A stretch of 64,000 bases of DNA, from NCBI GenBank assembly GCA_002269645.1, contig NIVC01002925.1, positions 1-64,000 on the forward strand. The letters are read 5' to 3'. The DNA is from Macrostomum lignano. Taxonomy: Eukaryota. Below, piece by piece: positions 13,972 to 25,611 of the stretch (positions within the stretch are counted from its first letter, which is position 1; each line of letters begins with the position of its first letter). The notes under the pieces were generated by a model. The model made no database searches. It was not told where the DNA came from and saw only the letters and a list, made by a program, of their open reading frames with translations. The position numbers and the translations under genes are program-made.

Positions 13972-14183
13972 AGGTGTCGATGACGAGGCTGTAATTCTTA
14001 ATCCAAGCCTCTCAGCCAAGTTGTGCGGGTCCAGAATTGTCAGCCGCGGCTGTTTTTGTGCAAAAGTTCGTCCTGTGCGAAGTTCCCCCAAGCAGTCGCA
14101 AGCCATCGCGCATAGACACTGCCGTGGGCCAGTTCCTTTTACCGGAAGCTGGAAATAAACTGTAAGGTAACTAGCTTGATTTA

Positions 14184-14528
14184 GGGGGGGGGGGGGCGTA
14201 GCCAGCGTGCCAGCGACCCAGGCTCGATTCCAAGTGCAGTCACATTAATTTGGGGCTGAATTGGAATCTCGGCTTGGCTCTGCTCGTGCAATTAACGGCC
14301 TTGAGAGCCAACCCCCCCAAGGCGCAGTGAGTGTACATGCCTAACGATAAAATAAAGTTAGGGCCGCTGTACACTCCTGTGTGAGTGTGTGCCTGCGTAC
14401 GTATCCGCGCGCTTGTGTGCCTGCTCAGCGGAGTCGGCGAAATGGGCAGCAATGCCTCTCGCCGGTTGTGTGCCTATGTCGCTTAAAGTGCGCCAGGGTG
14501 CACACAACCCCCCTGCCTCTAATAAAAA
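14184..14528 (+). mobile_element. SINE-like retroposon with A-rich tail and 15-bp target-site duplication
   Basis: AACTAGCTTGATTTA at 14169-14183 and 14529-14543; B-box-like GGCTCGATTCC near the 5' end; ends AATAAAAAAA. Core shared with copies at about 2140, 31130, 38450, 43500, 46690 and 58090. Confidence 0.8.
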
Positions 14529-14779
14529 AACTAGCTTGATTTATTATTTATTAATGTAATATGTCAAAATTTGAATGCCTACCAATCTCGAATACTCCGT
14601 GCCGCGTTGAAATTTACACAGCTGAAGTTGAATCTAAGATATTTTTGGTGAATGAAATTTTGATTTTAAACATAGTCAACTGTGGCACTTTTTTAGTAAA
14701 AACTCGCCATCTTACCTGCTGTTCTGTTGATCATGAGGAAAAGAGGAAGTTCAGGAACCAAATCAACAGAAAGCTCAGG

Positions 14780-14960
14780 CAGAGTGCCAGCAATGGAAGC
14801 TCGATTCCGACCCAGCGCTCGTAGTTTCGGATATACTGTCCGACTTTGTCCGGATTTGTCCGACTTTGTCCGGATTTGTCCGGATTTGTCCGAATTACTG
14901 ACTGCCCTTAATTTAAATCTTTCCGAGTGCAGCAAAAATGTGAAAACAAAAATCCTGACA
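14780..14960. repeat. Dispersed repeat unit, copy 1 (copy 2 at about 16180-16365)
   Basis: Shared AGAGTG(C/T)CAGCAATGGAAGCT...TTGTCCG motifs...GAATTACTGACTGCCC...TTCCGAGTGCAGCAAAAATGTGA. Confidence 0.7.
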
Positions 14961-15001
<41 letters not shown>

Positions 15002-15002
15002 A

Positions 15003-15052
<50 letters not shown>

Positions 15053-15053
15053 A

Positions 15054-15120
<67 letters not shown>

Positions 15121-15149
15121 TTCCTGACTCCTGACTCCTGACTCCTGAT

Positions 15150-15197
<48 letters not shown>

Positions 15198-15296
15198 ATC
15201 TTGACTCCTGAATCCTGACTCCTGAATCCTGACTCCTAATTCCTGACTCCTGAATCCTGACTCCTGATTCCTGACTCCTGACTCCTGACTCCTGAT

Positions 15297-15330
<34 letters not shown>

Positions 15331-15343
15331 TTCCTTACTCCTG

Positions 15344-15345
<2 letters not shown>
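14955..15345. repeat. (CCTGACT)n heptamer array; short second patch at 16875-16930
   Basis: Read directly. Confidence 0.95.
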
Positions 15346-16105
<760 letters not shown>

Positions 16106-16378
16106 CTATCTCTTGTCTCCTTTTTTGTTGATCAACATCATGAGGGAAAAAGCAGGTTCTGAAGCGAACTCAGACTCTTGAGAGTGTCAGCAATGGAAGC
16201 TGAATCCATTCCAACTTTGCGCTCGTAGTGTCCGAATATATAATGTCCGAATTTGTCAGAATTTGTCCGAATTTGTCCCGATTTGTCCGAATTACTGACT
16301 GCCCGTAATTCTTTATTTTCGAGTGTTCCGAGTGCAGCAAAAATGTGACGATAAAAATCTCTGATAGACGCGAATGAG

Positions 16379-16867
16379 GCTAGACCCACACAGCCTACCC
16401 CACATAGCCTACCCCACACAGCCTACCCCACACAGCCTACCCCACACAGCCTACCCCACACAGCCTACCCCACACAGCCTACCCCACACAGCCTACCCCA
16501 CACAGCCTACCCCACACAGCCTACCCCACACAGCCTACCCCACACAGCCTACCCCACACAGCCTACCCCACACAGCCTACCCCACACAGCCTACCCCACA
16601 CAGCCTACCCCACACAGCCTACCCCACACAGCCTACCCCACACAGCCTACCCCACACAGCCTACCCCACACAGCCTACCCCACACAGCCTACCCCACACA
16701 GCCTACCCCACACAGCCTACCCCACACAGCCTACCCCACACAGCCTACCCCACACAGCCTACCCCACACAGCCTACCCCACACAGCCTACCCCACACAGC
16801 CTACCCCACACAGCCTACCCCACACAGCCTACCCCACACAGCCTACCCCACACAGCCTACCCCACAC
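16379..16867. repeat. 14-bp minisatellite (CAGCCTACCCCACA), about 35 units
   Basis: Read directly. Confidence 0.97.
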
Positions 16868-16885
16868 TGACTGCTGACTCCTGAT

Positions 16886-16920
<35 letters not shown>

Positions 16921-17288
16921 CCTTGACTCCTAAAGAGGCTCAATCGAGACTGTCGCATCAAATGCTATGTCCTTGCGTTTCCTACGACTTCAAAAAACTT
17001 CTAAATTTTACAATAGCATTTTATTGATAATAAACTTTTCATAAGACGAAGCAAGAGGTGGTTATTATTTTTTTGACAGTTTAAGCTACTGTTTTCTCTC
17101 TCACACTTGTACTAAGTTGGAATATGCAGGTGATATTACAGTAAATATTTAGCTAGTATGAAAAAAATTATATGCATGTATTGGAAACTGTTTCAAGTGT
17201 AACAGTGATATCACAATCAGACAGATGAGACAGTATTCCAGGGACTACTCAAACACAGTCCCTGCAGTATTCCAACCAGCCTCCATCA

Positions 17289-20170
17289 TCACAGAATATA
17301 GATTCCAGTCGCATTCTCCAGCTTGTACTCCGAATTCTCGTACTCAGATGCAGACTGCGGTGCCGCCGGTCCCCCTGCGGCCGGTCTCCCTGCCGTTGGA
17401 CGCCGCCGGGCACAGCCTGCAGAGCCGCAGGCGTCCGGCCTTGTCTGAAATTGGACGAGCGACTTCACAAGTGACGTCTTGATGAAATCGGACGAGCGAC
17501 TTCACAAGTGACGTCTTGATGAAATCGGACGAGCGACTTCACAAGTGACGTCTTGATGAAATCGGACGAGCGACTTCACAAGTGACGTCTTGATGAAATC
17601 GGACGAGCGACTTCACAAGTGACGTCTTGATGAAATCGGACGAGCGACTTCACAAGTGACGTCTTGATGAAATCGGACGAGCGACTTCACAAGTGACGTC
17701 TTGATGAAATCGGACGAGCGACTTCACAAGTGACGTCTTGATGAAATCGGACGAGCGACTTCACAAGTGACGTCTTGATGAAATCGGACGAGCGACTTCA
17801 CAAGTGACGTCTTGATGAAATCGGACGAGCGACTTCACAAGTGACGTCTTGATGAAATCGGACGAGCGACTTCACAAGTGACGTCTTGATGAAATCGGAC
17901 GAGCGACTTCACAAGTGACATCTTGATGAAATCGGACGAGCAACTTCACAAGTGACGTCTTGATGAAATCGGACGAGCAACTTCATAATTGACGTCTTGA
18001 TGAAATCGATGAGCAACAGAAATCCAAATTGATGGTTCTAACAACTCGCAGCATCTTCGAGAAGTTTCGTCAACTGCCTGCAACCTCCTCTGGTGCACAA
18101 TGTCAGCCACATTGTGAGTGTGTACTTACCCGGTTGAGCATTCGGAGTCTGATGGCTGCCGCGGAGGCTGCGGCCGCGATGAAGCCAAAACAAAATCCCA
18201 TAGCGATGTGGAGCACCAGTACTGTAGACACCAGACTTCCGCTGCAACAGCTCGTGAATGTTGAGTCTGTGTGGACAGCCTGAATACGGATGCCCTTCGG
18301 AAAACTCTGCACGGCAGAGCAAGTGATGATGGCGCTGCTGATATCCAGCCTCTTTACGTCATCAGTAGGAAATACCCATCTGCTGACGTAACCGTCCTTG
18401 CTCTGCAGTGCAGCGACATTTGCAGTTAATAGTGAGTCAGTCAGTCAGTCAGTCAGTCAGTCAGTCAGTCAGTCAGTCAGTCAGTCAGTCAGTCAGTCAG
18501 TCAGTCAGTCAGTCAGTCAGTCAGTCAGTCAGTCAGTCAGTCAGTCAGTCAGTCAGTCAGTCAGTCAGTCAGTCAGTCAGTACTGTCTCAATTTTGAGCA
18601 CGCACTACTGGTAGCAGTGTGAGATTCCACAGGTTGACTCCAACTCTGGCGTTGCATCTGTGCTCAGACACGGGCTGCGATGAGGAAGACGTGAACTGCA
18701 CGGTCACATGGGTCAAACTCTGGCAGCTCTGAGAGTTCAGCACTGAGACCGCCACTCTCGATGGAGGGTCTGCGGATTCGGATTCATTCGGATTTTCCGT
18801 TGTTTGAAAAGCGGAGGAAAATAATTTCGAGAAAAAGTATTGAAGAGCGCCTCACAATACACGGTGAGGTTGGTGGTCTTCCTGACCGTGCCTATCTTGC
18901 AGGTGTAACTTCCTGAGTCCTCTGACTGGATTCTGGGGATGTGTACCGCGTTGGAAGCTGTGCAGCTGCCACGAGGAGAGCAGAGTTTTAATCTTTTTGT
19001 CTGCGCGTCGACTTTCGTACCTTTGCAGTGCAGTGAGCAGCTGACTGAGACATTGTCGTTTCTAACCGTCTCTTCAGGGGAAGACACTTCTGCAGACGAG
19101 GGGAAGACACTTCGCAAAGTTAGTAATTAATATAATGCTGACGGCAATCTCTGTGCCTTGGGGGTTGCGCCTTATGGGTGTGAATCGTGCCAATTTTCGT
19201 GAACATTTTCGTGATCAGAATTTTTGCTATTTGCTATCAACTATGTCCAGGTGAGCATGTTCTGTCCAATCCGCAGCACTTACTCAGCTCCATTGTCTGC
19301 AGGCTGAGGTCTGCGAAGCTCATGAAGTCGTGGGTCATGGAAGGATCAGCAGTTCTGACGTCACGCCTCAACAGTAAGTACCGGACCTGGATTTGAAAAA
19401 TAACTTGTTCAAAAAAGAAGCATTAGAACACTGCAGTTTATTGATGCCAATGGTTGAGAACACTGCAGTTTATTGATGCCAATGGTTGAGACACTTACAT
19501 CCTGTGTGCAGTTCACCGTCAGTGTCTCACCAGCCCTGATGCTTCTTTGCTGGCCGTCCGTGACGCCGCACAGCCTCCAGTACCACAACGACTCTCTGAA
19601 CTGGCTGCTCATGCTCCTGGAGCTGCAGTGATCTCCCGAGAGCATCACTCTGCTGCTTCCTGCTGTCCAGACTTCGATCCCCCTGGTTCTCGAGTAAGTG
19701 AACGATTTCCCGTCTAGAATGAGTTGAGAAAATCAAGTCGAACGAGCTCTGTGCGCGCATGAGCTGCATCACAGTGCCACTCACATTCTCTGCCCTTCAG
19801 GGTCACTGAGCTGATGAGCAGTGGCTCACTCAGCTGCACTGCAAACCAGTGAAACCCTCCGTCTGCTGCCGAGCCGTCCCCGCTGTGAAAAAACCTGTAG
19901 CTGCTGCTGGGCTTGCTGAGCACAGCGGCTTCCTCCGATGCAGTTCTGTTGTGGAAGCAAGTTGGACCGTTGCCGAAGGACGACTGCCACGAGTTGAGAA
20001 CACGAGTGCGGCGGATTTCTATTTTGCCTGCGAGTAACAGTGATGAAGCTGTCGATTTGAGAATTTATTGCCTTGGTTGAAACCCCCGAACTCAACTCAA
20101 ACTCACAGTCTTGGATAGCAGCGGTGTGCGCAACAGCCAGAAGCAATAGAAATTTGGAAACAGCTCGCAT
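17289..20170 (-). CDS. Receptor R6: SP - FTP - Ig x1 - membrane-proximal domain - TM - class II (YEN) tail
   Basis: Exons: SP 20170-20107 (MRAVSKFLLLLAVAHTAAIQD); lectin 20027-19785, 19713-19499, 19386-19284; Ig 19089-18856; 18769-18606; TM exon 18402-18130 (VLVLHIAMGFCFGFIAAAASAAAIRLRMLNR); last exon 17444-17289 ending SEYENSEYKLENATGIYIL*. Phases are consistent; a middle tail exon (perhaps starting 18089) is unresolved. Confidence 0.85.
17454..18010. repeat. 37-bp head-to-tail minisatellite, about 15 units, in the R6 tail intron
   Basis: Unit GACGAGCGACTTCACAAGTGACGTCTTGATGAAATCG; no spacers. Confidence 0.95.
18433..18580. repeat. (TCAG)n microsatellite, intronic in R6
   Basis: Read directly. 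Confidence 0.97.
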
Positions 20171-20668
20171 CCGTATTTCTGATTGTGGCTTTTCACTTTG
20201 CAAAGAAAATTTAGCGATGTATCATTAGCAAATACGAATAAGCGCATTGACACTTTTATGACTCCTTGTTGTGTTTATATATGACCGGCCCGGCCTCTGC
20301 AAACTTTGTTGAACTTTCGTTGCACGCTTTTAAATTTTGAAATGTAATTTAGCTCGAAGGTTTGTTTATGAAATGCAGAATTTTAGCCATTTACCAGAAA
20401 TTAGACGTTAATATACAAATACGATAAATAATGGGCCTTTCATAAGATTGAAGGCAATGCGATCCTTATCTTGAAGATTCTGGCCGACCTTGGCTTACGT
20501 AGACCTACTGTATGTACATCAGGTTCTGCATGCAGTTTGAGGGTGGCAGCTACAACCACAGAATATTCTGTCAGAATATTCAGAATAAAATGAACATTTT
20601 AGAATATTTTAGCCACATTAAATATAGCTTAGTGGCTTGCAATTACTGCAATAGAAACGCGAATATGA

Positions 20669-21074
20669 TATTAAACCCCAAAAGACTAACGCAGAGTAAA
20701 AGCAAGTGGCACAAAAGACCGGCAGACGCGGCCCAGAAAGGGAAAACGAACCCCTTAAGCGACGAAATATATTGATTTTGTAATTTAAAAGAGAAAAAAT
20801 ATTTTGCCAAAATTACGCCGACTCAGCGGCCGCGACGCGTGACTAAATAGCACAGAGCGGAGGGGAGGCTGCCCTAAGCCCTGCACGCACGCAGAGCACC
20901 AGCACCCCACCAACCCACCAAAGCGAGGCCGGACCGGCGCGGGGGGGTTTAAAACCAGTTAGAGTCAGATACCTGCCTCAAACTGACGTATTAAACCCCA
21001 AAAGACTAACGCAGAGTAAAAGCAAGTGGCACAAAAGACCGGCAGACGCGGCCCAGAAAGGGAAAACGAACCCC
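20669..21074 (-). repeat. 3' terminal B1-A2-B2 block of the DIRS-type element
   Basis: Direct-repeat matches read from the sequence; 40-bp spacer between A2 and B2. Confidence 0.9.
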
Positions 21075-21121
21075 AACACCAACAGAAAGAGGGAGGAAGG
21101 AGACAAGCGTGTAAAATCAAA

Positions 21122-23530
21122 TCAACGAGCCGCAGAAAAAATTAAACCAAGCCAAAAAAGCCAGGTCCAAGCAATAGCTCTAAGACTCGCACCTGAGCTC
21201 GGGATCTGCTTCAGCCGTCGCAACTCGCTCCGCTCGAGAACTGCGCCAGAGACCGGGCTCAGCGCGAGCGACGCCTGCTCAAGCAACCGGGCCGCCGTTG
21301 ACTCATTGAGGCAGGCCCTGCGCAGATCTTCCGGCTGCGCCTTGGCCCGGCCGAAGTAGCGCAGCAGAAACAGCAGCATGTGGCGGGGATGCGTCAGGCA
21401 GCGCGACAGCGGGTCGCTCAGCAGCTGCCAGGACCCCGGCATATGGTGAGCTCGAAACTGAAAGTCGTGCCTCAGCGCTGCCAGAGTGGCCGTTTTGAGC
21501 AGGGTCATGACGATCGGGTTGCTGGAGGCACCGCGGTTGATGGTGCCGACCGCCGCGCTGCTGTCGACGTAGCAGGCCACCTTGCCGCCGGCCAGCTGCT
21601 CCTGGAACAGAATGATGGCGAGCAGCGGCAGTACCGTCTCCTTGGCGTTGATGTGCTCGCTCAGGAAGATGCCACCGGCGTCACTGCAGAAGTCGACGAG
21701 GCGGAACTCGCGCTGGCCATCAGAGGTGCTCAGGATCATGCCACCGGCACTGACGCAGGCGTCCGTCTCGACCGCTGCCAGCACTCGTGCACGCCGCCAC
21801 AGCTTGTCGGTCGGGAACACTGGGATTGCATGCTGCCAGAACTGCAACTGGGCCAGTACCTCGCCGCGCACCGGTACTCGATGATGCTGCTCAGGAATAG
21901 CGATGGTTATCTCCAGGAGCGCGCGAAGCAGGGCCTTTGCAGGTTTGGCCACTTTGCAGAACCAGTTAAGTTTGCCGACTAGGTGCTGAAGGCGACGTTT
22001 TTGCAGGCTCTTCGAGTTGGCGCAGTCCTGGAGAAGTTCTCGAAGGCCGTCCATCTTCTCGGCGGGCAGTGACAGCAGGCCAGTCAATGTGTCGATCTGC
22101 ACACCCAGGAAAGTGATCGAAGTGGCTGGGCTCTGCGTCTTGGCCCAGTTGATCTCAAAGCCGAGGCGCTGCAGGGTGACCAGCAGAAAATTGTGCAGCT
22201 GCAGGCAGACCTCGTAGTCCCGGGCAGCTATGCAGAAATCGTCGAGGTATGCGATGACGACGAATTTGGACAGATGCGAGAATTGCCTGTACATAAAGCG
22301 CTTGACAGCTTGCGTTAGGCGGTGGAAAATGTTGACTGATGCCGCCGCACCGAATGGGAGTCGCGTGTCAACCAGATAAGTGGGCTGACCGTCCAGCTCG
22401 AACGTCCACCGGAGCCCCGTCGCCTTATAGCAGTCTGGGTGCACCTGAACACTTCGGTAGGCGTGGCGTAGGTCGACCTTGCTGATGAACCAGCCTGGTG
22501 CCAGCTGCCTGGTGAGATCCTCGACATTGGCAAACTTCATCTTCTGGCGGGGCTTGTACAGATCGTTGAGGCTGTTGCCCTGTGGCGCGGACGCGTCGTG
22601 AATCAGGCGGATGGCGCCGTCTGCCTTCGGGACGGCGCCCAGTGGGCTGATGATGGTCGGCCTGGCGATGCCCAAGTCAGTTGCGCTGATGTACCGGCCA
22701 GCCACGACCTCCTCTCTGATCCGCAGCTCAACGGCATTCCGATTTGCCTCGCAGCAGGCGGATGCATGATTTTCGAGCTGGGATTCGCTGGTCGGAGCCG
22801 CGTCGGTGATGCGAAAGCCATCGCGAATTCCCGCGATCAGAAACTCCGCGTCCGAGTCTCCGAGCAGGACTGGTGTCCAAGCAGCAGTTAACAGCGGCCA
22901 ACGTTTTCGGAGTGCAGCCACCGGGCCAGCAACAGGGCCGGCAGCAGCGCCGGCAGCGGGGCCGGCGGCAGGGCCGGCGGCAGGGCCGGCGGCTGGGCCG
23001 GCAGCAGGGCCGGCAGCAGGGCCGGCAGCAGGGCCGGCAGCAGGACCGGCAGCAGGGCTGGCAGCAGGACCGGCAGCAGGGCCGGCAGCAGGGCCGGCAG
23101 CAGGGCCGGCAGCAGGACCGGCAGCAGGGCCGGCAGCAGGACCGGCGGCAGGGCCGGCAGCAGGGCCGGCAGCAGGACCGGCAGCAGGAACGGCAGCAGG
23201 ACCGGCGGCAGGGCCGGCAGCAGGACCGGCAGCAGGGCCGGCAGCAGGACCGGCAGCAGGGCCGGCAGCAGGACCGGCGGCAGGGCGAGTGGCAGGGCGA
23301 GTGGCATGGCGAGCGGCAGTGCGAGCGGCAGGGCGAGCGGCAGGGCGAGCGGCAGGGCGAGTGGCAGGTCGAGCGGCAGGGCGAGCGGCAAGGCGAGTGG
23401 CAGGGCGAGCGGCAGGGCCAGTGGCAGTGCGAGCAGCTGTCTCGCATGGAATTAAAATTTTGGACTGTCTATCAGACGCCGTCCGCTTAGGGCTAAAACT
23501 GGTGCCGCCGCGACCCGCCTCTTTGCTCAG
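21122..23530 (-). CDS. Pol frame: Ala/Gly/Pro repeat linker + reverse transcriptase + RNase H (DIRS type)
   Basis: [47 protein letters not shown] (RT); VETDAC, HINAKE, YVDSS (RNase H). The frame stays open upstream of the GTG at 22921 to 23638, with no ATG, GTG or TTG in that stretch. Confidence 0.88.
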   Translation of the reverse strand: MSKEAGRGGTSFSPKRTASDRQSKILIPCETAARTATGPAARPATRLAARPAARPATRPAARPAARPAARTAARHATRPATRPAAGPAAGPAAGPAAGPAAGPAAGPAAGPAAVPAAGPAAGPAAGPAAGPAAGPAAGPAAGPAAGPAAGPAAGPAASPAAGPAAGPAAGPAAGPAAGPAAGPAAGPAAGPAAGAAAGPVAGPVAALRKRWPLLTAAWTPVLLGDSDAEFLIAGIRDGFRITDAAPTSESQLENHASACCEANRNAVELRIREEVVAGRYISATDLGIARPTIISPLGAVPKADGAIRLIHDASAPQGNSLNDLYKPRQKMKFANVEDLTRQLAPGWFISKVDLRHAYRSVQVHPDCYKATGLRWTFELDGQPTYLVDTRLPFGAAASVNIFHRLTQAVKRFMYRQFSHLSKFVVIAYLDDFCIAARDYEVCLQLHNFLLVTLQRLGFEINWAKTQSPATSITFLGVQIDTLTGLLSLPAEKMDGLRELLQDCANSKSLQKRRLQHLVGKLNWFCKVAKPAKALLRALLEITIAIPEQHHRVPVRGEVLAQLQFWQHAIPVFPTDKLWRRARVLAAVETDACVSAGGMILSTSDGQREFRLVDFCSDAGGIFLSEHINAKETVLPLLAIILFQEQLAGGKVACYVDSSAAVGTINRGASSNPIVMTLLKTATLAALRHDFQFRAHHMPGSWQLLSDPLSRCLTHPRHMLLFLLRYFGRAKAQPEDLRRACLNESTAARLLEQASLALSPVSGAVLERSELRRLKQIPSSGASLRAIAWTWLFWLGLIFSAAR
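22921..23430. repeat. 12-bp GC-rich repeat (GCAGGGCCGGCA type) between gag and RT
   Basis: Read directly; encodes AAGP-like units in the pol frame. Confidence 0.95.
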
Positions 23531-24573
23531 TTTTTTGATTCGGCAGCCACCGAGCTGTGTTGCAGCTTTGAGTGGCTCCCTTCGCAGATGCGGCAGATGT
23601 GGGCGAAATTGCAGGTGTGTCTGTGACAGCCTTTGTTGCTATTGAACAAGCCGCAGATGACCTGTCCAGAGGATGACAGCTGGCCCCTGCTACGGTGACC
23701 CTGGACTCCTTGACCGACCGCGACTGGGCCAGCAGCTCGCAGGTTTTTGGGCGCCGTCATATGCTTGATGATGAGGTTCAGATCGGGGCTGTCCCAGTCG
23801 CGCTGTCGCGAGTGCTGCTGCAGCCTCATGTCCTGGTCGTACTGGAGCACCACCTTCCAGTCGTAGCCAGCGTCGATCAGCTCGCCGATGTGGATGTTAA
23901 AGTTGAGGTAGGCGTTCAGACTCTTGCAGTCGGGCTGTCCATCCGTACCGGGCGCCACCAGCTGGCCGGTCTCCAGCAGTCGCTGCATGATCCGCGCGTT
24001 GGCAGCCACCCACTGGCCGAAGTTGACTCCGGACAGGCTCGGCGTTGCGCCTTTCAGAGTCAGGCGACCACGTTCCTGTGTCAGCCATCCTCCCGACTGC
24101 TGCCTCTCGTCCAGAAATTCCGGGATGAGCAGCGCTGATGGGGGCCGCTGGGCTCCGGCCGAATCAAACCTTGGTTGTCGGCTCTGGTCCCCGAACAGGC
24201 TGGCGTAGATGTCCGGCCCTCCTCTGGCCAGCGGGGGCGATGCGGCGCCACTGCGGATCGACTGCACTTCATCCCGCAACTGGGCCTCAGCCTTCTGCAA
24301 TTTAAGCAGCTCGATCCTCTTCTGAGTCTGCCGAATCTGCGCTTCTGTGGCCTCCTCCGCTGGCGCAGCCCGGCGCACGTCATCCTCGTCCTGGTCGTCG
24401 TCACCGTCGTCATCGCTGGGAGCTCGTTCGGCCTGGCTTGCAGCGAGCAGGCGGCCTATCAGCTCTTCTTTATTGCCACTTGTAGGTAAGGCCTTCTCGC
24501 GTAAGGCATCTTTGAGGGCCTGCACGGTCATGCTGCCCAACGTAGAGTCCATTGTGAGTGCAGTGCTTGGCAA
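23527..24573 (-). CDS. Gag-like protein with N-terminal SAP motif and C-terminal Cys/His fingers
   Basis: MTVQALKDALREKALPTSGNKEELIGRLL (SAP consensus); ICGLFNSNKGCHRHTCNFAHICRICEGSH (CCCH plus CxxC-H). The first ATG is at 24552; 24573 is TTG. Confidence 0.85.
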   Translation of the reverse strand: MPSTALTMDSTLGSMTVQALKDALREKALPTSGNKEELIGRLLAASQAERAPSDDDGDDDQDEDDVRRAAPAEEATEAQIRQTQKRIELLKLQKAEAQLRDEVQSIRSGAASPPLARGGPDIYASLFGDQSRQPRFDSAGAQRPPSALLIPEFLDERQQSGGWLTQERGRLTLKGATPSLSGVNFGQWVAANARIMQRLLETGQLVAPGTDGQPDCKSLNAYLNFNIHIGELIDAGYDWKVVLQYDQDMRLQQHSRQRDWDSPDLNLIIKHMTAPKNLRAAGPVAVGQGVQGHRSRGQLSSSGQVICGLFNSNKGCHRHTCNFAHICRICEGSHSKLQHSSVAAESKN

Positions 24574-24585
24574 ATCAGGCAGGCT

Positions 24586-24785
24586 AAAAATATTTTGCCA
24601 AAATTACGCTGACTCAGCGGCCGCGACGCGTGACTAAATAGCACAGAGCGGAGGGGAGGCTGCCCTAAGCCCTGCACGCACGCAGAGCACCAGCACCCCA
24701 CCAACCCACCAAAGCGAGGCCGGACCGGCGCGGGGGGGTTTAAAACCAGTTAGAGTCAGATACCTGCCTCAAACTGACGTATTAA
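24586..24785 (-). repeat. 5' terminal A1 repeat of the DIRS-type element
   Basis: Matches 20795-20994 almost perfectly. Confidence 0.9.
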
Positions 24786-25611
24786 TTGTTTTTTTATTAA
24801 TTGCTTTAAACAATAATTATTAGGTACAAGCCATAAAAACTAACTCTGCCTCAATTATTAATTAAAATATTTGATGAGTTGGATGTTCAGTAAATACTAC
24901 TTTATATACGAGTACGAGCGTACTTTATTTACTTTTTGTTATACCTAAATAGCTAAAATAGTCTAAAATTAAAAAATTCCCGCTTCCTTTGTCTTACTTA
25001 TTGTGCTTTGATCATTTCTAGACTTGTAACTTTTGAACGCGTGGTGCACAGGTGACACTTACAAACTTCAAGGGCAGATTATTGAATATTGGACTGAGAC
25101 AAGTCATTCTTAGGCTGTTATCTGAGAGCGACAATGGCCAAACTGTCCGGGTTGTGTTGCCATCCTGAGAGAACTTGTGCGAACTTTGAGCAGTCACACT
25201 GGTGCTGGCACCCACCCCGCACCCACCACCCTACAACAAGCCAACACCCAAACACCCCCCTTGCACTGAAGCCGGTTAGCCTCCGCAGTTTCCGCGGGAG
25301 CTCACAAAGGGACCTGAGTCGTTTCTAGTCCATTCCGTTGCTTCAGTCAACGTCCCCTTGAGAGTGGCCACAAATAGCGTTGCGAATGCATTACGAGTAC
25401 TTCGAACTAAAGCCGGTTAACTTATGGCATATTTATTTCGCACGTACTGAATAAAAAACACAGATATTGCATCTGAGAGTTTAGTTAATCAATAATACGG
25501 CCAAGGAAAACAGATTTGAATTGTCTATAAGATCTTGGTTACCACAACTTCCTATTTCAAGTTTCCTGACTCTCTTCTGGCAGTATTATTTTGTCAATTT
25601 TCATTGCAGCA

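Larger units (their letters stand above)
20669..24785 (-). mobile_element. DIRS-superfamily (Ngaro/PAT-like) retroelement with split direct repeats A1-gag-pol-B1-A2-B2; no tyrosine recombinase
   Basis: A repeat 24785-24586 matches 20994-20795 (200 bp, near identical); B repeat 21074-20989 matches 20754-20669 (86 bp). Gag-like and RT/RNaseH ORFs lie between A1 and B1. TATTAA occurs at both termini and at the B1/A2 junction. Confidence 0.88.

Noticed and set aside
17454-18010. 37-bp repeats as a CRISPR array
   Set aside because: Units are head-to-tail with no unique spacers, there are no cas genes, and the context is a eukaryotic intron.
21380-21982. Plus-strand ORFs inside the retroelement as the missing recombinase
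   Set aside because: Antisense shadows of the GC-rich RT/RNaseH ORF; no R-H-R-Y recombinase motifs seen.
22728-23645. Cys-rich, Pro/Leu-rich and Gln/Arg-rich ORFs across the 12-bp repeat
   Set aside because: Alternative frames of a GC-rich repeat lacking stops; only the pol frame connects to conserved domains.
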